From an uncultured Mycoplasmatota bacterium (GTDB lineage Bacteria; Bacillota_I; Bacilli_A; RF39; UBA660): DNA of 64,000 nucleotides. The notes beneath the pieces are model-generated. The model searched no databases, had not been told where the DNA came from, and saw only the letters and a list, made by a program, of their open reading frames with translations. The number at the start of each line of letters is the position of its first letter. Position 1 is the stretch's first letter. Below are positions 1-9,360 of this stretch, piece after piece. Location of the stretch: positions 4,331 through 68,330 of the forward strand of contig CAMLTY010000002.1 in NCBI GenBank assembly GCA_946486465.1. The letters run 5' to 3'. Both the position numbers and the translations under genes were made by a program.

Positions 1-1074
1 CCAAAATGTTGGTATATCTCTAAGACCATCTTTACCACCTGCTACTGGTGTATTGATAATCTCATTATTGATAACTAAAGCACTAGAACTACCACCATCC
101 ATATTAGCAGCATTAACAGCACCATAGTTTTCCATTATCTCTGTTAAGTCTCCCATATCAGCACCAATAGATGTAGCAAGTCTTCCATTAATTACTAAGA
201 ATAAGACTATACCATCTTCTCTTTGGCCAATAGCAGTACGAGGTGCAATACCCCAACCACCATTACCTTTAACAAAACTACTCTTACCATTTACGATTAA
301 GAAAGGTCCAAACTCAATAGCATCTCTAATTCCCATAGCAAGAGCCTCATCAGCACTCATCTTACCAAGTACTAATTTATTATCTTTAGTAAAGCCAACA
401 AAGCCTCCACCCATCTGGGCATCTTCATAATCACTTACAATCTTTCCATCTTTAATGACAGTTCCATGAGGTAGGGCACCATTACTATTCCAATCAGGGT
501 CATAAAAGCCACCTGCGTTAATAGCAATAACAGCATTTTCTCTCTTTGCAACTGTAGTAATCGCTTCTCCTCTTTTACCAAGATAAGCCGTTGTCGCAAT
601 AGAAACACGAGACGGGTCATATATCGCTACTAAATAACCTTGATAGCCACTACCACTAACTTCAATAACTTTATATAAATCATTTCCTGGGTCTTTTGTT
701 AAAATTTGTTTCTCATATTCATTTTTATAAATCTTAGCATTAGTATCATAATCTTTAAAATTAATTAAATCAGGATTAGTATTTTCATCTACTTCAATTA
801 TATGATTATTAGATAACACTTCGTTAATAACATCATCATTATAAAACCAAGTAGCAAGGTATTGATGAGACATAGAAGTCATCGCTGAAGTTATCCAAAA
901 GTTACGAAAGCCACTTATCGGTCCATAAAAAAGAAATAAAGAAAGAGAACTTCCTATTATAAACAAAGCGATTATTATCTTTGTAATTAACTTTTTCTCT
1001 TTTCTTTTTTCTTTTTTTATTTCACTGGCAATACTAGGCATTAAAATTGTCTTATCCAAGTCATTTCTATTCAT
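1..1074 (-). CDS. phosphodiester glycosidase (NAGPA/DUF2233-like) family protein with N-terminal membrane anchor; 3' end runs off the window
   Basis: Own minus-strand translation (absent from ORF track because no stop lies in the window): MNRNDLDKTILMPSIASEIKKEKRKEKKLITKIIIALFIIGSSLSLFLFYGP...AINAGGFYDP...FGPFLIVNGK...GIAPRTAIGQREDG...VINGR...AANMDGGSSSALV. AGGAG lies 9 nt upstream of ATG 1074, and the ATG overlaps the stop of the upstream gene. Confidence 0.7.
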   Translation of the reverse strand, partial: MNRNDLDKTILMPSIASEIKKEKRKEKKLITKIIIALFIIGSSLSLFLFYGPISGFRNFWITSAMTSMSHQYLATWFYNDDVINEVLSNNHIIEVDENTNPDLINFKDYDTNAKIYKNEYEKQILTKDPGNDLYKVIEVSGSGYQGYLVAIYDPSRVSIATTAYLGKRGEAITTVAKRENAVIAINAGGFYDPDWNSNGALPHGTVIKDGKIVSDYEDAQMGGGFVGFTKDNKLVLGKMSADEALAMGIRDAIEFGPFLIVNGKSSFVKGNGGWGIAPRTAIGQREDGIVLFLVINGRLATSIGADMGDLTEIMENYGAVNAANMDGGSSSALVINNEIINTPVAGGKDGLRDIPTFW

Positions 1075-1705
1075 CTGGTACCACTCCTGTATTATCCTCT
1101 TCTTCATCACTTATTTCTTTTTCTACTTCTTTTTTACCATTATACTCTCTATCACCATTTATATCTATATAATCTCTATCTGACTTTATCTTTTCCAATT
1201 TAGTATCACTACTATTAGTATCAGTTAACCATTTATTATAAGAAGTAATTAAATTATTATAACTATTAACATCACTTACATAAGTATTAACTACCTCTTC
1301 ATAAGAAGAAATAATCGCTTCACACTTATTATTAACATCCGCTTCAGGATGTAAAACATTAATACATTTATCTTTTACTCCATTATAATCTTTATCAATT
1401 TTCTCTAAACTATCCTTATAATTATTAAATATCTCTTTATAACTAGCATCATTATCTTTTAAAGTTTGATAATACATATTATCAGTAATAACATTAGTAT
1501 AGATATCTTCTCTAATACTATTAAAGCTCTCTACATCAGTTTTAAAAGTCTTATAAGACTCTCTTACTTCATCCATTCGTCTTTTAACTTCAGCTTGGTC
1601 ACTATTATAATTAATAACTATATAAGAAACAATTCCAATAATAATTAATAAAAAACCAATAAATATTAAAATACCTAGATGTTTATTATGACTTTTCGCT
1701 TCCAT
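1067..1705 (-). CDS. hypothetical membrane-anchored coiled-coil protein
   Basis: 212 aa with a single N-terminal TM (LGILIFIGFLLIIIGIVSYIVI), then a K/E/D-rich coiled-coil-like region and an acidic tail. No family recognised. Tightly packed in the operon. Confidence 0.5.
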   Translation of the reverse strand: MEAKSHNKHLGILIFIGFLLIIIGIVSYIVINYNSDQAEVKRRMDEVRESYKTFKTDVESFNSIREDIYTNVITDNMYYQTLKDNDASYKEIFNNYKDSLEKIDKDYNGVKDKCINVLHPEADVNNKCEAIISSYEEVVNTYVSDVNSYNNLITSYNKWLTDTNSSDTKLEKIKSDRDYIDINGDREYNGKKEVEKEISDEEEDNTGVVPDE

Positions 1706-1717
1706 AAAACTACACTC

Positions 1718-3043
1718 CTAATCTTTTAAGAAATCATTCTTCTCTTGTTTTAATCTTTTTTTTATTTCTCTTTTAGTCTTTCTTTTACTACTATTCTTAG
1801 TATGTAATGCGATTAAGAAAATTATTAATAATAAAACTATTAAACAAGTAAGACCAACTATTATATATGAATTAATTTTCAACTCATCATTTAGGCTCTC
1901 TACTTCTTCAGTATAATATCTTTGGACACTCTTATCAACACTATCATATAAGTATAAACCTTTCTTACCTGTTTCAACATTCTCGCCATAGACTAAATAA
2001 TATTTAGATTTTTTATTTAATTTATAGACAGTATATTTTTCTCCATCTATAGTAACGGTATATTTCTTATAATTGGCAGGATATTTTCCTTTATCTAAAA
2101 GATGAATTATAAGGTTTCCACCACTTAACTCTTGGTATAAAGAATATTTTCCATCATCATAAGTATAAAACTTAATATTACCTTTATCATCTTTTAAAGC
2201 GACTAAAGTAAGGTCTAAGGCTTCTATTTTATAAGCAGGAACTTCTTCATCATTTATTTTAATAGTAGTCTCCACATAATAATCTTTAACTAAGTCTTTT
2301 AACTCATCACTTTTTCTAACTACACTTAAATCTTCTTTATCTACTTTTACATTAATAGGGTCTTTTTCTTTAACATTAACAACTATTGTATAAGTCTTAG
2401 TAAAACCATTTTCAGCTTCCACCACCACATTTATAGTATTAGCACCTTCTCCTACTTCTATATCACCAATACCACTAATCCTTGCCTTACTATCATTTGC
2501 CGTCGCTTTAACATTAACACTAGTAGTATCACTATCTACTTCTACTTTATAATTGGTAGTATTTTTATTAAACTCTGGGCTTAGGGAATAACCTTCTACT
2601 TCTAAACTAGCAAGGTTATTGTCACTACTATAGTTTTTCTCTACTTCCCCACGACTAATTAAATTAATTGTTGTACTATCCGTTGGACTAGTAACTACTT
2701 CATCCCAAGAAGCGATAGCCGTATTAACAACAGATATAGTAGTAGAACCAGTACCTTTAACTCTAAAAGTATAAGTATAACTTTGACTAGTTTGTCCTTC
2801 TCTATCTACATAACCAACGACATGAGTATTACCACTTAAAAGTTGTAGTTTACTACTATCATAATCTAGACTATATTCCCAACTACCTAGTCCGCTCGCT
2901 TCACTTATAGTAACTCCTACTGTAATATTACCTCCAACTGTCCCCGTTGATGTTGTCCCTGCTACTGAGATTGAAGCAGCATCAACAACAGATGGGCAAA
3001 AGAAAAGGAAGCTAAGTCCTAATATAAATAATATTTTCTTCAT
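1718..3043 (-). CDS. cohesin-domain surface scaffold with cadherin-like beta-sandwich and C-terminal TM anchor
   Basis: Signal peptide MKKILFILGLSFLFFCPSVVDA. Cohesin-like GGNITVGVTISEASGLGSWEYSLDYDSSKLQLLSG. Cadherin-like module NLASLEVEGYSLSPEFNKNTTNYKVEV...TYTIVVNV. C-terminal TM plus KR-rich tail. Confidence 0.6.
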   Translation of the reverse strand: MKKILFILGLSFLFFCPSVVDAASISVAGTTSTGTVGGNITVGVTISEASGLGSWEYSLDYDSSKLQLLSGNTHVVGYVDREGQTSQSYTYTFRVKGTGSTTISVVNTAIASWDEVVTSPTDSTTINLISRGEVEKNYSSDNNLASLEVEGYSLSPEFNKNTTNYKVEVDSDTTSVNVKATANDSKARISGIGDIEVGEGANTINVVVEAENGFTKTYTIVVNVKEKDPINVKVDKEDLSVVRKSDELKDLVKDYYVETTIKINDEEVPAYKIEALDLTLVALKDDKGNIKFYTYDDGKYSLYQELSGGNLIIHLLDKGKYPANYKKYTVTIDGEKYTVYKLNKKSKYYLVYGENVETGKKGLYLYDSVDKSVQRYYTEEVESLNDELKINSYIIVGLTCLIVLLLIIFLIALHTKNSSKRKTKREIKKRLKQEKNDFLKD

Positions 3044-3049
3044 AAAGCA

Positions 3050-4870
3050 TCATCCCTGTTCTATAACATTATTTCCTAGTAATTGTTTTTGAACTCTTAA
3101 TAAGTCAACGACATCAATCTTACCATCTCTATTAGTATCACTAGCTTTTTTATCATAAGTAGATAGACTACTACTTCCTAAAATATCTTTTTGTACTCTA
3201 AGTAAATCAAGAATACTAACTTTACCATCACCATTATTATCACCATAGATAACTACTTTATAAGACTTCGTAGTAGAACCATTAGTAATTACTAAAGTAT
3301 CCCCTGTACCAACATTACCACTAGCTTTATTTCCATATCTATCTAAATAACTAGTAACTTTCAAATTAGCATTAACACTACTTAACTTACTATTAATTAC
3401 ATCAACATTAGTATTAAAGGAAATATTAGAAATAACATCACCATCTATCTTAAAGCCTGCTCCAACCACACCTGTATTAATATCAATCTCTGGAGTTGTA
3501 ACGATTTCTTCTTCCTTATCTTCATCATCTGGAAGTATTACTTCATTATCATTAGGCATATTATTATAAACCGGTATTAAAAACTCATAACTATTTCCTA
3601 ACAAGTCATTATCTCTATAACTCTTATAAGTACTATAAGCTTCACTTGAAGCTGCTCTTATATTAGTCATATACTGATGAGTATAAGTAGGATAGACTGC
3701 ATCAGGTGCGACATTAAACTTCTGATAATATAAAGTGTTTTGACCATTATTTACATAAGCACCTACAATATAGTCAACACCACCCATAATCGCTTTTTCT
3801 TTACTATTCCAAGGCCTATTATAAGTATTAACAGAAGCATCAAAACCACCATTCGCCCAAATCAAGCCTCTAATTTGGGGAGACTTATAAGAACCATAGG
3901 CCCCAATATTAAAGTAATTATAAATGCCACTGTAAACTCTACCACTACCACAAGAGTTAAGTGCATTCCACCTATTAGGATTACTAGCATAACCTAAATT
4001 ATTTAAACAATTATTATCAACTTCATAAGTAAAAGTTTCTCCTGTAGTAGAAATACTATCGCTTGAACCTTTTTCTTGTCTAATTCTACTAGCTATATAA
4101 ACAGGACTAATATTATATGTTCTTGCTGTTTTCATTAAAATATCTAAGTATTCATTAGTATTTAAAAATGTTCCCTTAGTAACTCCTCTAACTGCATCTT
4201 CAGTATGAATAGAAGCATTATATTTAATATCTTCAAACATAAAGATATATTCTTCAGATAAAAAGTTTCTAGGGTCCAAATAATATGATACAGTATCTCT
4301 ACTAGCCACATACCAACCTGGTTCTATCTCTTGATAAACTCCATTTTGATAATATGGCCATTCTTTACTTCTCAAGCTCTCATCAGTTCCATCTACTAAA
4401 CTAATCTCCCCATAACTCTCATTAGTAACAGCAGTATCAAAATCAATATTAGTTCTCACTGCCTTAAAATTCCAATTAGGATGTTTTTCATGCAACGCCT
4501 TTAAATAAGGTAAATAACTCTCTGTAAAACCCCTACTAATCATTTCTTTTTCAAAGTCTCCATTAAGGTCAACATCAGCGGCATCTATAACTACTTGGTC
4601 ACTTGAACAAATATAACCTTCTTTTCCATTATAACTAACCTTATACCAAGAATTCTTACAACCATGACCACTGCCACCATCTTTACTAATTAAATCTACT
4701 TTCGTACCTGCAAGTAAAACTCCATCCGTAATACCATCTACAAAATCTCCTCCTGGTACTACTCTAAAATATTTATTAGTATTTAGTACTATATAACTAC
4801 TTGCATTAACATTAGGAATAAAAGTAAAAAGCATAATAAAGATTAATGAAATACAAAAAAGTTTCTTCAT
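3050..4870 (-). CDS. secreted SH3b + N-acetylglucosaminidase-type peptidoglycan hydrolase with C-terminal type I dockerin
   Basis: Signal peptide. SH3b-like SWYKVSYNGKEGYICSSDQV. Glucosaminidase-type core PVYIASRIRQEKGSS...YNYFNIGAYG. Two dockerin Ca-binding repeats DNNGDGKVSILDLLRVQK and DTNRDGKIDVVDLLRVQK. AGGAG RBS. Confidence 0.7.
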   Translation of the reverse strand: MKKLFCISLIFIMLFTFIPNVNASSYIVLNTNKYFRVVPGGDFVDGITDGVLLAGTKVDLISKDGGSGHGCKNSWYKVSYNGKEGYICSSDQVVIDAADVDLNGDFEKEMISRGFTESYLPYLKALHEKHPNWNFKAVRTNIDFDTAVTNESYGEISLVDGTDESLRSKEWPYYQNGVYQEIEPGWYVASRDTVSYYLDPRNFLSEEYIFMFEDIKYNASIHTEDAVRGVTKGTFLNTNEYLDILMKTARTYNISPVYIASRIRQEKGSSDSISTTGETFTYEVDNNCLNNLGYASNPNRWNALNSCGSGRVYSGIYNYFNIGAYGSYKSPQIRGLIWANGGFDASVNTYNRPWNSKEKAIMGGVDYIVGAYVNNGQNTLYYQKFNVAPDAVYPTYTHQYMTNIRAASSEAYSTYKSYRDNDLLGNSYEFLIPVYNNMPNDNEVILPDDEDKEEEIVTTPEIDINTGVVGAGFKIDGDVISNISFNTNVDVINSKLSSVNANLKVTSYLDRYGNKASGNVGTGDTLVITNGSTTKSYKVVIYGDNNGDGKVSILDLLRVQKDILGSSSLSTYDKKASDTNRDGKIDVVDLLRVQKQLLGNNVIEQG

Positions 4871-4981
4871 ATACTACCAACTCCTATCCTTCTTATTACA
4901 TTATAACAGAATATTAGACAAATTTCTCTTAAAATGCTATAAATAACCGTCAACTTTACAATACAAACAAAAGTACAGTGG

Positions 4982-5010
4982 TTGAAAGATAATAAATAAT
5001 AGTCTATAAT
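4982..5010 (+). promoter_or_regulatory. sigma-70-type promoter candidate for the LCP gene
   Basis: TTGAAA (4982-4987), 17-nt spacer, TATAAT (5005-5010), about 40 nt upstream of GGAGG RBS and ATG 5050. Confidence 0.4.
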
Positions 5011-5049
5011 GATAGGGTATAGTTTTATGTTTAACGTGGAGGTCATTCG

Positions 5050-7107
5050 ATGAGAAAGAATAAAGAGAAAACTGAAGAAAAAAAAGATAAGAAAAAGAAA
5101 AAATGTAGATTATGGCTAGCGATACTTAGTATCCTTGTAATACTGACTAATATATTCGCTATTTATAACATCCTATTATTAGGACCAGTTGAAGAAGTAA
5201 TTAGATATATTATTATAGGAGTATTTGTTGTCTTAGACTTAGTTATAATTTTTAAAGTTAGGTCTAAAAGAAGACACAAAGAAAAAAAGTCAAGGCTTCT
5301 TACCTTCTTTTTAATACTCTATTTACTTATAAACTGTGCAATTAGTGGCTTAATAATGTATGCCTATGGAACTTTATCTAGTATTAATAGAGAGACAGTT
5401 ACTTATTCTAGTAGCCTAATAGTACCAAGTAGTAGTGAAATAGAGAATATAAAAGATATAAAAAATGATAAAGTAGGAATTCTTTCTGATAAAGCATCAC
5501 CAGAAGGAAATATTATTCCTAATGAAGTCATTAAAGAAAATAAATTAAAAGATGATAATGAAATAGTAGAATATGATGATTACTTTACAGCTATGGCTGA
5601 TTTATATGATGGTGAAGTTGATTCAATCTTCGTTCCAACAGATTATCCATCTATGTTTGTAAGTATGGAAACATATCAAAATATTGAAAGCGATACAAAA
5701 ATTATCTTAACCAAAGAGAAAGAAATGAAAAAAGCAAGTACTAGTAATAGAAGTTCATCTAAAGGTAAATCTGTAACAGAACCATTTACAATTCTTCTAA
5801 TGGGAGTTGACTCTGCTGAAGAAGGTTTATCAAAAAATACTGTTGCCAATGGTGATAGTTTAATACTAGTTACTTTTAATCCTAATACTTTAAATGCAAC
5901 AATGTTAAGTATTCCAAGAGATAGTTATGTACCAATCGCTTGTTGGAGTGGTACACCTGAAAATAAAATAACTCATGCGGCAGCATATGGTACTGATTGT
6001 ATGATGGATACGATTGAAAATTACTTTGATGTTACGATCGATTATTATGCTAAGATTAATTTTAAAGGTTTAGTTAGTTTAGTTGATACTCTAGGAGGTA
6101 TTACCGTTGATGTTCCTCAAGACTTATGTACAGATAACTCTAACCGCGAAGGACAAGTTTGTATAAATAAAGGCGTTCAAACATTAAATGGTGAACAAGC
6201 CCTAGTCCTTGCAAGAAACAGAAAGCAACTTGCTGCAGGAGACTTAGATAGAGGTTTAAATCAACAATTAGTTATTCAAGGAATAGTAAATAAAGCTAAA
6301 GATATGAAAAATATTAATCAAGTTATGGATGTTTTAAATACAATTACTAATAATCTTGATACTAACTTTACAGAACAACAAATTTTATCTTTCTATGACA
6401 TTGCTAAAGATATAATGAGTAATGCCTTACAAAAAGATGATGCTGACCTTATTAACATTGAACAATTATATTTAGATGGTACTGGTCAAATGATTTATGA
6501 TGAGAGAAGTAGAATGGTTTTATGGGACTATGTTCCTAATACTAAGAGTCGTGATGATATTATAAAGGCAATGAAAATAAATCTTGGTGAGAAAGAGCCT
6601 GACATGATTAAAGAGTTCTCCTTCTCTATCAATTATGAAGATTATGAGAAAACTGTAACAGGAACTGGTCCTTACAAAACAGCGTTTACTTATGATTTAT
6701 TACCTGATTTTACAGGAGATAGTGAAAGTGCGGCAAGAAGTTATGCCAATGCTCATGGTATAAATGTTACATTTAAAGGAACTGGTGGCTATGTAGTAGC
6801 ACAAAGCTATCCTGCTAATAAAAGAATAGATTTAATAAGTGGTAGTGTTGTATTAACGTTATCTGGCAGTAGTAGTTATAAAGAACCTGAAGATGAACCT
6901 AGTTATACTCCACCTACTGATAACATCGAAGAAGATGATGAACAGAAAGATGATCCTAGTAGTGAAATACCTGTTGTACCGCCATCTGGTGGCGAAGATG
7001 GAAGTAGTCAAGGAGGAAGTTCTGGAGGTACTGATAACAGTGGAACAGATGGTGGAGAAAATCCTCCTGGCACTGATACTAATCCTGATGGTGCCACTAC
7101 AGAATAA
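5050..7107 (+). CDS. LCP (LytR-CpsA-Psr) family wall-polymer ligase with C-terminal PASTA-like module and low-complexity tail
   Basis: Motifs ILLMGVDS, GDSLILVTFNP, LSIPRDSYV, FKGLVSLVDTLGGITVDV, LNGEQALVLARNRK. N-terminal TMs. PASTA-like LPDFTGDSESAARSYANAHGINV...VVLTLSG. G/S/D/T-rich tail. Confidence 0.85.
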   Translation: MRKNKEKTEEKKDKKKKKCRLWLAILSILVILTNIFAIYNILLLGPVEEVIRYIIIGVFVVLDLVIIFKVRSKRRHKEKKSRLLTFFLILYLLINCAISGLIMYAYGTLSSINRETVTYSSSLIVPSSSEIENIKDIKNDKVGILSDKASPEGNIIPNEVIKENKLKDDNEIVEYDDYFTAMADLYDGEVDSIFVPTDYPSMFVSMETYQNIESDTKIILTKEKEMKKASTSNRSSSKGKSVTEPFTILLMGVDSAEEGLSKNTVANGDSLILVTFNPNTLNATMLSIPRDSYVPIACWSGTPENKITHAAAYGTDCMMDTIENYFDVTIDYYAKINFKGLVSLVDTLGGITVDVPQDLCTDNSNREGQVCINKGVQTLNGEQALVLARNRKQLAAGDLDRGLNQQLVIQGIVNKAKDMKNINQVMDVLNTITNNLDTNFTEQQILSFYDIAKDIMSNALQKDDADLINIEQLYLDGTGQMIYDERSRMVLWDYVPNTKSRDDIIKAMKINLGEKEPDMIKEFSFSINYEDYEKTVTGTGPYKTAFTYDLLPDFTGDSESAARSYANAHGINVTFKGTGGYVVAQSYPANKRIDLISGSVVLTLSGSSSYKEPEDEPSYTPPTDNIEEDDEQKDDPSSEIPVVPPSGGEDGSSQGGSSGGTDNSGTDGGENPPGTDTNPDGATTE

Positions 7108-7138
7108 AGAGATAAGCAAAATAACTTATCTCTTTTCT
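7106..7138 (+). terminator. intrinsic terminator after the LCP gene
   Basis: AAAGAGATAAG (7106-7116) pairs with CTTATCTCTTT (7125-7135) around an 8-nt loop, with a T-rich 3' side. Confidence 0.6.
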
Positions 7139-7173
7139 TATATCTATAAATACAAATGAACACTTTTTAAGAA

Positions 7174-7217
7174 TTTCATTCGGTGACTTTTTATTTTTTT
7201 AAACTTTCTAAATACTC
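7174..7217. repeat. left copy of a 43-44 nt direct repeat (relic of the ylbL 3' end) bounding a 2.2 kb cassette
   Basis: TTTCATTCGGTGACTTTTTATTTTTTTAAACTTTCTAAATACTC. Differs from 9341..9383 by 2 substitutions and 1 single-base indel. Confidence 0.75.
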
Positions 7218-7261
7218 TACTATTCATATAATCTTCACTTTTAAAATTTCTTATTTATTTA

Positions 7262-7292
7262 ATAGAAAGAATCATGAATTTTATCATGATTC
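7262..7292 (-). terminator. intrinsic terminator after the COG1373 ATPase gene
   Basis: Minus-sense GAATCATGA-loop-TCATGATTC followed by TTTCTATT, 27 nt downstream of the stop at 7319. Confidence 0.5.
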
Positions 7293-7318
7293 AATATTAT
7301 TTACTAGATATCATCAAT

Positions 7319-8620
7319 TTAATTTTTTAAAGCTGTAATAGGAACAACATATACTCCATCAGGCCTTTTATAAGCAGCATTACTCATACCACATATAACA
7401 CATAAAACTGAAGGAGCTTTACCATTTTCCTTTTTTATTGAATCTCTTATGTTAATTAAATTTTTTGCTGCAGCATCTATGGCATTTACGCCAAGTTTTA
7501 TTTCAAAAGCACACCAATTACCATCTTCTAATTCTATTACTGAATCTATCTCTCTATTTAAATAATCTTGATAGTGATAACATTTAGCATCAAAAGAATC
7601 AGCATATATTTTTAAATCATGCTCTACCAATGCTTCAAATAAAAAACCAAAGGTTTCCAAGTCATTAATAAGCTTTTCTTCTGTTAAATTCAAAAGTGCA
7701 CAGGCTATAGAAGGATCAGCAAAATGTCTTTTTTCTGCTTGTTTAACTCTTATACTTGATCTAATATTAACTGAAAAAGGCTCATCATTGTCTAACAAAA
7801 ATAATTTATCTAAAGCATTTAAATAAGATGCTACTGTATCTGTATCAATATCTTCATTGTCAACTTCTTTTATATCTTTCTTTAAGGTAGTATTAGTAAC
7901 AGTTGTACTTTCATTTCTAGCAAGAGATTTTAATAATAATTTCACTTTATGTTTATCTCTATTAATGCCCTCTAATCTAGATAAATCATCATCTATTATT
8001 AAATTAATATACTCATTTACTGATTTTCTTGCATCATCACTAGAATAATTTATATTACCAGGCCACCCACCTCTTATAATTAAATTAGCAAGTTTCCTTA
8101 AACTAACTTTTCCAGTATTTTTAGATATTTTTTTACCATCACATATATCTTTTAATGATATATCGCCTGTTGAATCACCTGTTTCATATAAAGACATTGT
8201 TCTTAAATGAATTTTACCAAACCTTCCCGCTCCACTATGAGATATACCATCTCTCCTGGGAGTAGATGAACCAGTTAATATATATTGCCCCTTTAAACCT
8301 GTTCTATCAACATCATATCTTATTTCATCCCATAAGTTTGTTGCTTCTTGCCATTCATCAATAAGTTTTGGTTTTTCTCCTTCTAAGATTATTTCAGGAG
8401 ATGTTTTTGCAAGTTCTACTTCATTAGATTTTTCACCAGTTTTAGTATAAAGCAAAGTTTCGCTTTCAGCATGATATCTACCAGACCAAGTCTTACCACA
8501 ATATTTTGGACCTTCAATACATATAGCCCCAAATAATTTTAAATACCTTTCTATTTTTTCATCAACTATCCTTTTTTTATAATTTTTTATTTCCATTGCA
8601 TCCTCCAAATTAAATTTCAT
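7319..8620 (-). CDS. COG1373-type ATPase (AAA_14-like N-terminus, DUF4143/PD-(D/E)XK-like C-terminus), copy 1
   Basis: 433 aa. Walker A GPKYCGKTW, Walker B-like KLIDEWQ, C-terminal CYHYQDYLNREIDSVIELEDGNWCAFEIK. The start overlaps the end of the HD gene by 11 nt. Confidence 0.7.
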   Translation of the reverse strand: MKFNLEDAMEIKNYKKRIVDEKIERYLKLFGAICIEGPKYCGKTWSGRYHAESETLLYTKTGEKSNEVELAKTSPEIILEGEKPKLIDEWQEATNLWDEIRYDVDRTGLKGQYILTGSSTPRRDGISHSGAGRFGKIHLRTMSLYETGDSTGDISLKDICDGKKISKNTGKVSLRKLANLIIRGGWPGNINYSSDDARKSVNEYINLIIDDDLSRLEGINRDKHKVKLLLKSLARNESTTVTNTTLKKDIKEVDNEDIDTDTVASYLNALDKLFLLDNDEPFSVNIRSSIRVKQAEKRHFADPSIACALLNLTEEKLINDLETFGFLFEALVEHDLKIYADSFDAKCYHYQDYLNREIDSVIELEDGNWCAFEIKLGVNAIDAAAKNLINIRDSIKKENGKAPSVLCVICGMSNAAYKRPDGVYVVPITALKN

Positions 8621-9238
8621 TTTCTTTCAAATAATCAATTATTTCAATAAAGTTTTTATCATCCTCATACTTACTTCTATCAAATTCAATCCAAGCATTA
8701 GATATACTTTTTTCACTATCTAATACTTTTTTGACACTAGGATTATTAAGAATTGGATTATTTGGTTGATTATTCAAATCAAAACAACCTTCTTGATCAT
8801 ATAACTTCATTTGAATATCACATTCTAATTTATCACAGTGATAAGCAAATATTGCCTCATCTGTTTTTCTTTCATTGTATTCATCTATAAAGCTGATACT
8901 TCATCTTTTCCAAGAAAATCTTTTAATATATAATCCGTTGCTTTTTTACCTTTAATTAATTTTTCTTCTTTAGTGATTTCATAAAATGCTAAATCACCAA
9001 TTTCAATTTCTTCTAACTCATGAATTGCCAACATAAAAATAACTTTCATAATATCTAATTTATAGCCTAATTGATAATAAATAGATAATGCTAACATTTG
9101 AGTTCCATATATATGTTCAGCTACACTTTCAATTCTTTCTCTTTTAGCATTCCAAACAATAGGAACAGTTCTAATAGTATCCTTTAATTTAGTACATAAC
9201 TTATAATATTTAATTGCTGTCTCAATTTTCTTATTCAT
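8610..9238 (-). pseudogene. YfbR-like HD-domain phosphohydrolase, frameshifted
   Basis: N-terminal part (ATG 9238, AGGAGA RBS) carries the HD motif SVAEHIYGTQMLA...AIHELEEIEIGD and stops at TAG 8885. Another frame, open from 8900 to 8610, reads SISFIDEYNERKTDEAIFAYHCDKLECDIQMKLYDQ..., the expected C-terminal half. Total length is not a multiple of 3. Confidence 0.55.
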
Positions 9239-9297
9239 AGTTAAGTTTCTCCTTATATAAGTATAATTATACATTAATTAGTTAATTAAATCAATTG

Positions 9298-9360
9298 CAT
9301 TCGGTGAGATTTTGCGATTTCATTCGGTGAGATTTTGCATTTTCATTCGGTGGCCTTTTA
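9298..9360. repeat. three tandem ~23-nt units sharing CATTCGGTG
   Basis: CATTCGGTGAGATTTTGC at 9298 and 9321, CATTCGGTGGCCTTTTA at 9344. A fourth copy of the motif is at 7178. Confidence 0.7.

Noticed and set aside
435-620. A 61-aa ORF from the track.
   Set aside because: It lies out of frame inside the well-supported phosphodiester glycosidase CDS (1..1074) and has a low-complexity L/R-rich translation.
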